NCBI GenBank assembly: GCA_002104945.1
Contig: MCFH01000062.1
Coordinates: 124,001-188,000 of the forward strand
Reading direction: 5' to 3'
From: Piromyces finnis finn
Taxonomy: Eukaryota > Fungi > Neocallimastigomycota
DNA: 64,000 nucleotides
This document shows, in pieces, positions 1 to 8,500 of this stretch; position 1 is the stretch's first letter, and each line of letters begins with the position of its first letter. Made by a program: the position numbers and the translations under genes. The notes under the pieces are model-generated. The model worked only from the letters and a program-made list of their open reading frames with translations. It had not been told where the DNA came from and did not search any database.

Positions 1-1
1 C

Positions 2-184
2 AAAATCATGAATGCCAGAAGAAAGAAGGATAACTACCAATACTTAGCTACCTTTAGTGACTTTAGACAAGAGTGGGTTGATGCTGATATCATTGACAAG
101 AACTCCCACTATGATAAGCTACTCAAGGAATTTCAAGATAAATGCTACCAGGAATTCATGGTTAGTGTCCAAAACCCTGCCTAG
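2..184 (+). CDS. C-terminal end (chromodomain-like) of the Ty3/Gypsy pol of element F; ORF begins outside the window
   Basis: Frame from base 2 reads KIMNARRKKDNYQYLATFSDFRQEWVDADIIDKNSHYDKLLKEFQDKC...NPA*, a chromodomain-like YL..W....LL.EF pattern. It is followed directly by a polypurine tract and an LTR. Confidence 0.7.
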   Translation, partial: KIMNARRKKDNYQYLATFSDFRQEWVDADIIDKNSHYDKLLKEFQDKCYQEFMVSVQNPA

Positions 185-195
185 GTTTTCTCCTC

Positions 196-205
196 AGGGG
201 GGCAT
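196..205 (+). promoter_or_regulatory. Polypurine tract (PPT) of element F
   Basis: AGGGGGGCAT immediately before the TGTAAG LTR start at 206. Confidence 0.8.
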
Positions 206-699
206 TGTAAGAAATATTTGTGGCCATAAGTTTGCCCACAAATATTTCAATTGAAACCATATATTCTGGTCACCATTTATTGGCCAAATATATGCATAAC
301 CATATATTAATGGTTATTAATTAAATAGGAAGTCTATTTGCTTTACCCAATCAAGTGGTAAAGAAAATAAACTCATATAGTTAAATAGTATAGTCAAAAC
401 TAACGTTAAATACTTTAGCGTTAGTATTAAAGTAAATTAATAGCTATAATAATAATTAATGTATATAATTATAACTAATAAATAAAAGATAATAATTATA
501 ATAATTATTTAAGTAAATAATATTTCATATTAATATTTATCGTATTATATTTATTTTTGTGTTATAATATTTATTTTACTTCTTTTATTATTTTTTATAA
601 AACTTTATTTAGTTATTAACTCGTATAGAGAGGTAATAACTAACTTAATTAACTTGTTATATTTAACTTATTAACTAACATATATAAAAACCTTTTACA
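206..699 (+). mobile_element. 3' LTR of element F (F1, about 494 bp)
   Basis: TGTAAG...TTTTACA after the PPT. Homologous to 918-1412 and, reversed, to 51188-51633. Confidence 0.8.
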
Positions 700-840
700 G
701 TATTCATTACATTAAGAAACTACTTGAAAATAATCTTTATGTTAAAATTCTTAACCAATCAATAATCTTCATATAAAATAAAATTTAAAAATAAAATAAA
801 ATAAAATAAAATTATAATTTTTTTAAAATAGTATCTATGA

Positions 841-895
841 GGTCTCGAACTAGTGTCATTCAGACTCAAAGTCTTAGCTACTAACCACTAAGACA
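841..895 (-). promoter_or_regulatory. tRNA-derived A-box/B-box module in a K-family LTR fragment (copy 1)
   Basis: Minus strand reads TGTCTTAGTGG (A-box-like), 34 nt containing TAAGA-CTTTGAG-TCTGA (anticodon-arm-like, TTG), then GTTCGAGACC (B-box). Confidence 0.7.
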
Positions 896-917
896 ATTTA
901 GTTATTTCTAGTATTCA

Positions 918-1412
918 TGTAAGAAATATTTGTGGCCATAAGTTTGCCCACAAATATTTCAATTGAAACCATATATTCTGGTCACCATTTATTGGCCAAA
1001 TATATGCATAACCATATATTAATGGTTATTAATTAAATAGGAAGTTTATTTGCTTTACCCAATCAAGTGGTAAAGAAAATAAACTCATATAGTTAAATAG
1101 TATAGTCAAAACCAACGTTAAATACTTTAGCGTTAGTATTAAAGTAAATTAATAACTATAATAATAATTAATGTAGATAATTATAATTAATAAATAAAAG
1201 ATATAATTAAAATATAATTATTTAAGTAAAAGTTATTTCATAAAATATTTATACATTTGTTTATATTTATTTTAGTGTTATAATATTTATTTTCTTTCTT
1301 TTATTATTTTTTATAAAACTTTATTTAGTTATTAACTCGTATAGAGAGGTAATAACTAACTTAATTAACTAATTAATAACCTATTAACTAATATTATAAG
1401 AAACCTTTTACA
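918..1412 (+). mobile_element. Solo LTR of family F (F2)
   Basis: TGT...ACA, about 495 bp, flanked by the 5-bp TSD ATTCA (913-917, 1413-1417). Several substitutions and indels relative to F1. Confidence 0.85.
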
Positions 1413-1457
1413 ATTCATTACATTAAGAAACTACTTGAAAATAATCTTTATGTTAAA

Positions 1458-1633
1458 ATTCTTAACCAATCAATAATCTTCATATAAAATAAAATTTAAA
1501 AATAAAATAAAATAAAATAAAATTATAATTTTTTTAAAATAGTATCTATGAGGTCTCGAACTAGTGTCATTCAGACTCAAAGTCTTAGCTACTAACCACT
1601 AAGACAATTTAGTTATTTCTAGTATTCATTACA
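1458..1633 (-). mobile_element. 5' part of a K-family LTR (K4), inserted into the RT of element B
   Basis: Minus strand starts TGTAATGAATACTAGAAATAACTAAATTGTCTTAGTGG, collinear with K2 (TGTAACGAATCATAGAAATAAAGAAATTGTCTTAGTGG). Right flank is RT coding sequence (L)KKLLENNLYVK. Confidence 0.75.
1552..1606 (-). promoter_or_regulatory. tRNA-derived A-box/B-box module in the K4 LTR (copy 2; upstream site unoccupied)
   Basis: Same sequence as 841-895. The A-box starts 27 nt from the LTR 5' end. Confidence 0.7.
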
Positions 1634-1635
1634 TT

Positions 1636-3993
1636 AAGAAACTACTTGAAAATAATCTTTATGTTAAATTAGAAAAATGTGAGTTTGATGTTGAGAAAAC
1701 CACTTTTCTTGGTTATGTCATTTCAAAGGATGGATTGCAAATGGATGAGAATAAAGTTAAAGCAATTCTCGATTGGCCGGTTCCCAAGAATGTTAAAGAG
1801 GTTCAGTCTTTTATTGGTTTATGCAACTATTACAGAATTTTTATTAAAGACTTTGCTAAAATTGCAAACCCTCTTCACAAACTCACTAGAAAGAATGTTG
1901 CTTTTAACTGGGTGAAAGAAGATCAGGACGCTTTTATTTTATTAAAATCTCTGTTCACGTCAGCTCCTATTCTGAAACATGCGGATAGTAATAAACAATT
2001 TATTGTAGAAACTGATGCTAGTAATTATGCTGTCGGTGCTATTCTCTCTCAAGAATTTGATGGCAAATTACATCCTATTGCATTTCTTTCTAAAAGTTTG
2101 ACGAGTTGTCAAAGAAACTATCCTATATATGACAAGGAACTTTTTGCTATTGTAGTTGCTCTTGAAGAATGGCGTCATTATTTAGAAGGTGCACGCCATC
2201 CGTTCATAATTTATACTGATCACAAGAATTTAACATTTCCTAGAAAACCTGAAATGTTATCTCAGAGACAAATTAGATGGAATTTGTTCTTATCCAGATT
2301 TGATTTTAAACTCATTTATAGAGCTGGAAAGAAATCCGGTAAGCCTGATATCCTGTCTCGTAGAAGTGACCATTTAGAGAATAATATTAATTCTGATGTT
2401 TCTTGTCTTACTATTTCGTTTCATCATAGCGATAACAAACCGTTAATCGATTCTATTTTATTAGAACTTAAAAATGACGATTTGTATAATTCTATTGTCC
2501 AATTTAAAATGAATGGTTCTGCATGTAATGCACCTATTAAAAATATTGATAAAGTTATTATTGATAACGAGGGATTTTTGTTATATAATAATCTTATTTA
2601 TGTTCCTAAATCTCTTAGGACAAGAGTTTTGGAACTTCATCATGATTCTGTTGCTGCTGGTCATTTCGGTATTAAGAAAACCACTGAACTGATTTCCAGA
2701 AACTTTTGGTGGCCAAGGTTTCATTCAGACGTTAAATCTTTTATCAAATCTTGCGTGACTTGTTGCAAATCCAAAGTCCCCAGACATAAGCCTTATGGAT
2801 TGTTATCCCCTTTGGACACTCCCAGTAGGCCCTGGTCTGATATTTCTATTGATTTTATTGTTGATCTTCCTAAGTCCAGAGATATGACAACTCTCATGGT
2901 TGTTGTCGATAGATTTACTAAATTTGCTCACGCCATTCCTTTACGTTGTCTTCCTACTGCTTCAATTGCTGCTGATGCTTTTATTGCTAATGTCTTCCGT
3001 TTGCATGGTCTTCCTGATTCCATCATTTCTGATAGAGGCTCGCAATTTACTTCTGACTTTTGGTCAAGACTTTGTGACCTTCTTAATATCAATCATTCAT
3101 TATCAACTGCCAACCATTCGCAGACAGATGGTCAAACGGAGAGGGTGAACGGCATATTAGAACAATATTTCCGTTGTTTTATAAATAAAAAGCAGAATAA
3201 CTGGGTTGATCTTATCCCATTTGCTGAATTTGCATATAATAATACTTTACAACAATCTATAAATCAATCTCCATTCTTTGCTAATTATGGTTTTCATCCA
3301 AAGTTCAGCTTAGAAATTCCAGCTAATGATAGACCTAGTAGAGCTGAACAAAGAGTAATTGATATGAATGAAAATTTTAAATTATTAAAAGAAAATTTAG
3401 AAAAAGCAAAAGAAACATATAAGAAATATGCCGATATGAAGAGAATGATTCCCCCGGAGTTCGAAGTGGGAAAGAAGGTATGGTTATTGAAAGATTCTCC
3501 TGGAACTAACCTAAAGAGAAAATTAGCACCTCAAATGCTTGGCCCATTTGAGATAATTGGAAAAGTTAGTTCTCTCGCTTTCAAATTGAAACTTCCAAAG
3601 ACAATGAGATGTCATCCAGTCTTTCATGTTTCATTGTTAGAACCATACTTTGAAAACAAGTTTAACGACAGGTCTAATCGTAGGAAGAGGAACATTCACC
3701 TTAACACAGATTTAATTGAAAAAATTCCAGAGAAAATTGAAAAGATGAAATCTGTTAATGGTGAAACATTTTATAAGTTATCATGGAAAGGATTTGACAA
3801 ATCCACTTGGATTTCTGAAGATCAGATTCCAGATAAACAATTAATACAAGAGTTTGAAAGAAACTCTAAAAAGTCAAAATATAAGTCGAACGACTCCTCC
3901 ATGAAAATTAGAAAGAATAAAGTTGGTAATCTAATCAAGCACAGATACCAACCATTTGTAATTGAAATTCCTTCGAGAAAAGATTCCTTATAA
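1636..3993 (+). CDS. Partial pol of element B: end of RT, RNase H, integrase, chromodomain-like C-terminus
   Basis: ETDASNYAVGAIL (RNase H), HDSVAAGHFG...CVTC (integrase zinc finger), ISIDFIVDLP / SDRGSQF / QTDGQTERVN (integrase core), CHPVFHVSLLEPY, YKLSWKGFDKSTWISE. Confidence 0.92.
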   Translation, partial: KKLLENNLYVKLEKCEFDVEKTTFLGYVISKDGLQMDENKVKAILDWPVPKNVKEVQSFIGLCNYYRIFIKDFAKIANPLHKLTRKNVAFNWVKEDQDAFILLKSLFTSAPILKHADSNKQFIVETDASNYAVGAILSQEFDGKLHPIAFLSKSLTSCQRNYPIYDKELFAIVVALEEWRHYLEGARHPFIIYTDHKNLTFPRKPEMLSQRQIRWNLFLSRFDFKLIYRAGKKSGKPDILSRRSDHLENNINSDVSCLTISFHHSDNKPLIDSILLELKNDDLYNSIVQFKMNGSACNAPIKNIDKVIIDNEGFLLYNNLIYVPKSLRTRVLELHHDSVAAGHFGIKKTTELISRNFWWPRFHSDVKSFIKSCVTCCKSKVPRHKPYGLLSPLDTPSRPWSDISIDFIVDLPKSRDMTTLMVVVDRFTKFAHAIPLRCLPTASIAADAFIANVFRLHGLPDSIISDRGSQFTSDFWSRLCDLLNINHSLSTANHSQTDGQTERVNGILEQYFRCFINKKQNNWVDLIPFAEFAYNNTLQQSINQSPFFANYGFHPKFSLEIPANDRPSRAEQRVIDMNENFKLLKENLEKAKETYKKYADMKRMIPPEFEVGKKVWLLKDSPGTNLKRKLAPQMLGPFEIIGKVSSLAFKLKLPKTMRCHPVFHVSLLEPYFENKFNDRSNRRKRNIHLNTDLIEKIPEKIEKMKSVNGETFYKLSWKGFDKSTWISEDQIPDKQLIQEFERNSKKSKYKSNDSSMKIRKNKVGNLIKHRYQPFVIEIPSRKDSL

Positions 3994-4029
3994 ATTAATC
4001 TCGCAGGAGCTCGACTTAGAGAGAGAGAT

Positions 4030-4301
4030 TGTAAAGATATCAAACGCCTCTGTTTGATATCTTTAATGTAACTTAAGCCACAAGTATTATTGTTTAAGTT
4101 ACACAAATTATATTCAGAAAAAGAAAATGAGACATAATTTATTTATTAATAATTAAAGTTTAAAACAAAATAAATTATTAATTTATTTTTAATGTTTAAC
4201 AAGTAAATTAATATTCTCAATTTAAATCCCTAGTTTTAGTATTGTTTTTTTTAGAAATAGATAAATAATAAATGATTAATATATCAATAATACATGGGCA
4301 C
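4030..4301 (+). mobile_element. B 3' LTR, left part
   Basis: TGTAAAGATATCAAACGCC after the PPT; matches 63059 onward. Confidence 0.85.
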
Positions 4302-5024
4302 TGTAAAGATATAATATATATCTTTAAATTATTTAATAATTAATTAATAATTATTAAATAATAATTTTGATATTTTTAATGAAAAATTATTTATAAAATT
4401 TATTATATAAATTTTAAGGAATAATTAAATAAATATTAATTTTAAAATATCAAAATTGGAAATGAAATTTGGATAAATATTTAAATTAATGGATAATTAA
4501 ATTTAAATATTTTAAATATTCAAATTAAATCTTAAAAAGTTCTTATTTAATTAAAAATAGTTTAATAACTTTAGCGTAGTTTTAAATTAGTATTTTTTAA
4601 TAGTAAATATATAATAAATAGTATTATTAATATTTAATTAATATATAGGTAATACATGGACTGTATTCAATTTGTAGTTTACTCAAATTGAATCAAAAGT
4701 GTATTTAATTAGTTTTAGTTTAGTTTTATTATTTTATTATTTAATTAAATTAGTATTAAATTAGTTTTGTTTATTTTATATTGAATATATGTATAATTAA
4801 ATAGAATAGTATATTAAATATAATTTGTAAAAAATATAAATACATGTAAAATTTCATAGTTAAACGATGTAATTGTTATTGACTATAGTTTAGTTAATAA
4901 CTAAATAAGAATAAATAAAAGAGGATATAAATAAATTTTGTTTTGTTTTTAATTTTTTATTTTTAGTGTTTTTGTTTTATTGTAAAAAATTTTATAATCT
5001 GTTTTAAATTTTAAAATTTTTACA

Positions 5025-5035
5025 ATAACAATTAC
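5025..5035 (+). promoter_or_regulatory. Self-priming-type PBS of element A
   Basis: ATAACAATTAC is the exact reverse complement of GTAATTGTTAT at 4869-4879 inside the LTR. No TGG tRNA-type PBS is present. Confidence 0.8.
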
Positions 5036-5100
5036 CTTTTGCATAATAAAACACGTTATAAAATTTTTTTAATAAAACATATTTTAAATTTTTTTTTCAT

Positions 5101-5300
5101 ATCTACCGCGTTTCTAGGAAAATCTACCGTGTGTATAGGGAATCTACCGCGTTTCTAGGAAAATCTACTGTGTGTATAGGGAATCTACCGCGTTTCTAGG
5201 AAAATCTACTGTGTGTATAGGGAATCTACCGCGTTTCTAGGAAAATCTACTGTGTGTATAGGGAATCTACCGCGTTTTTAGGAAAATCTACCGCGTTTCG
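5101..5300 (+). repeat. 41-bp tandem repeat in the 5' leader of A
   Basis: ATCTACCGCGTTTCTAGGAAA+ATCTAC(C/T)GTGTGTATAGGGA at 5101, 5142, 5183, 5224, with a partial copy at 5265. Confidence 0.95.
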
Positions 5301-5540
5301 GAATTTCATCGTACCTTCTGAGGGCTAGTTAACTTGGTGCTTGTTACTCAAAGGTCTTCCATATATATTGAATATATTTAATTTTGTTATAATATTTTTA
5401 AGAGCTCGTCTAACACCGTTTGACAGGATAGAGTTACGACGACATCTTAACTAAAATATTATAAAAAATTAAATATTTATAACATAATCATATTGGAAGA
5501 AATAAACCATCTCTTAGATAAATTACACTTAAACGAAAAC

Positions 5541-8500
5541 ATGGAACGCCAAGGAGCGTCCTTGAGGATAGTTAATGATCCTCCGGTTTTCGCAGGCCGC
5601 AGACAAGAACTAGACGGGTTCTTGACTAGGGTTGAGCTAGCTATTGAAGCTAACCCTGATAGATTCGTTAATGATGAAGCGAGAGTCCGCTTCTTGATAT
5701 CCTACTTTGTTAATAGACCTTTAGAATGGGCCGCCCGTTTAAGACAAAATAACGACGCCGTTCTAAGGAACTATGATCAATTTATTACTGCCCTTCGTAC
5801 CAATTTCGGGGATCCGAATAATGATACGATTGTTGCAAATGGAAGACTTTGCAACATTAAACAAAGAAAATTTGGTAAGGTGTTCGAATACATTAACGAA
5901 TTTCAACGCGTTAGCCAAAATTCGAATTTCAATGAAGCAGCAAAAATATACATGTTCACAAAAGGATTACATCCAAAAATGCGTGAACATTTAGCTGTAG
6001 CGAATCCAAATCCCTCTCAATTAGAGCGTCTTTATTCTGATGTCCTTAGTATTGAAAATCTTACTAAGAGAAATGATATCAGTGAATATTACATGACGCA
6101 TCAAGACCGAAGAAATTATAACCAAAATGATCCTATGGATGTGGACTTATATAGGATCAGTTTAGGTCAAAGAAAGGTTAATTACTTCCCTCCTCATAGA
6201 AGTAATTATGATGAAAATAAAATAAATCGCACTGAGGCTAAGAAGAAGGGAGTTTGCTTTACTTGTGGAAAGTCTGGACACTTTCAATTCAATTGTCCAA
6301 ACAAAAAGAAACCAAAAAATGTAAAAATTATCAAGAGATGCTATTCAGAAGACGAAGCTAGCCCTTCAATCAAGAAAATTAAAAAGGATAATCTTAATTC
6401 CAAGGGAACTTCAAACATATTCGAAATTCATAAAGGTGAAAAGAAAAATATCATTGATTTTTATATCAAAACCAATGATATTGATGAAGTCAAGGCTAAG
6501 GTACTTATTGATTCTGGTTCCGATCTTAATTTCATCCACCCCGAGTTCGCCCGAGTCAATAATATTAAACTTTCAAATATTGCTGAATCTTTCAAGGTTT
6601 CTGGTTTAGGGCAAGGTACATCTACCGTGAAAAAGGAATCCGAAAAGTGCATCCTTCGTTTGAGAAATCATTACGAAATCATTCAATTATATGCACTTAG
6701 AATTCCTGAAGTTGATATAATTCTTGGAGTACCTTGGATCGAGAAACATTGTCCGGTTTATTATCACGATTCCTCCAAAATTGCCTTTAGCTCCGGATAC
6801 TGTGCTCGACACTGTAATGTAGGTAAAAGGAAAAATAAGGGCACAATCAATAAGAATAGGGAATCTATGACATCATCAAGAAAAGGGAAAGAAGCTGTCT
6901 TGGATAGTGAAAACGAACAATCCTATTGTAGTGACCTTGGTTCCCCCGAATATGACGAATCCTCTTATTGTGACTCCAGTGATGACGAGGAAACTGTTAA
7001 TATTAGAGGTCGAAGAACCTCTGTTAAAACCATTAGTAAATTAGATAGTTTGGATAAAATTAAATGTAGTAACAGTTTAAATAATAATAATGATAATAAT
7101 TGTATTTTTAAATGTATATGTAATGACATTAATTGTATTGATGAAAATTTAAATAAAGATAATAATTCGGTCACTGGACCAAAACAGTACTCATTTTCAA
7201 AAAACGTGTGTAATAATAATAATTCTCGTGTATTAAATTCAGTTAGTAACTGTAATGATTTATTTTGTAATATTATTAATAAATGTAAAAGTGAAAGTGA
7301 TAATTTGAATAAAGATAAAAAATCTATTGAAATTCCAAAACAATATTTATTATTTAAAGAGGTTTTTAATGAAAAGAATTGTAATATTTTACCTCCACAT
7401 CGTGAATACGATTGTGAAATCCGATTAAAGGATAATGCTAACTTGTTTTATGGTCCTCTTTATCCTTTAACTGAGGCAGAGAGAGATGAATTAAAAAATT
7501 ATATCAATGAAAATTTAGAAAAAGGTTTCATTAGGAAATCTTCATCTCCTGCCGGTGCACCAGTTTTATTTGTCAAAAAGAAAGATGGATCATTAAGACT
7601 TTGCGTTGATTATAGGAAACTTAATGACATGACAATTAGAAATTCATATCCTCTTCCGTTAATTGGTGACTTATTGGATAGAGTGAAAGGTGCAAAATAC
7701 TTTACTAAGTTGGACTTAAAGTCTGCTTATAATTTAGTTAGAATCAAAGAGGGTGATGAATACAAAACTGCCTTTAGAACAAGATATGGGCATTTTGAAT
7801 ATCTCGTCATGCCTTTTGGTTTAAAGAATGCACCAGCTACGTTTCAACATTTCATAAATGATGTCCTTAGTGATTACTTAGATGATTTTGCTATATCATA
7901 TATTGATGATATTCTAATATATTCAAATAGCCTAGAAGAACATCATGAACATGTTAAAAAAGTATTGAAAAAATTATTAGAAAATAATTTATATGTTAAG
8001 TTAGAGAAGTGTGAGTTTGATGTTTCAGAAACCACTTTCCTTGGTTATGTATTATCCAAAGATGGTCTGAAAATGGATAGAGATAAAGTTAAAGCTATCC
8101 TCGACTGGCCTGTTCCTACAAACGTTAAAGAAGTTCAATCCTTTATTGGATTATGTAATTATTATAGAATTTTTATTAAAGACTTTGCGAAAATTGCTAG
8201 TCCTCTACACAAACTTACTAGGAAAAATGTTCCTTTTAATTGGGTTTCTGAGTGTCAAAATGCATTTGTTACACTTAAAAAGGCTTTTACTTCAGCTCCT
8301 ATCTTAATGAACCCTGATAGCAACAAACCTTTTATTGTTGAGACTGACGCTAGTAACTTTGCTGTCGGTGCAATTCTTTCACAAGAATTTGAAGGGCAAT
8401 TGCACCCTATTGCTTTTATTTCATCTAGCTTAACCAAGTCTCAAAGAAACTATCAAATTTATGATAAAGAGTTGCTCGCTATCAAAGTGGCTCTTGAAGA

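Larger units (their letters stand above)
700..1668. repeat. Tandem repeat of a ~211-bp unit spanning a K-LTR/reverse-transcriptase junction (2 full units plus a partial)
   Basis: GTATTCATTACA+TTAAGAAACTACTTGAAAATAATCTTTATGTTAAA occurs at 700, 911/1413 (split by F2) and 1622. The intervening ~165-bp segments (747-910, 1458-1621) look identical. Confidence 0.8.

Noticed and set aside
700-746. Apparent RT-coding piece (KKLLENNLYVK) inside a 712-bp LTR
   Set aside because: Resolved by TSDs: the F LTR is about 494 bp, and the RT piece belongs to a tandemly repeated K4/RT junction.
5101-5300. CRISPR-like array
   Set aside because: The alternating subunits are themselves repeated, with no unique spacers and no cas genes; eukaryotic retroelement context.
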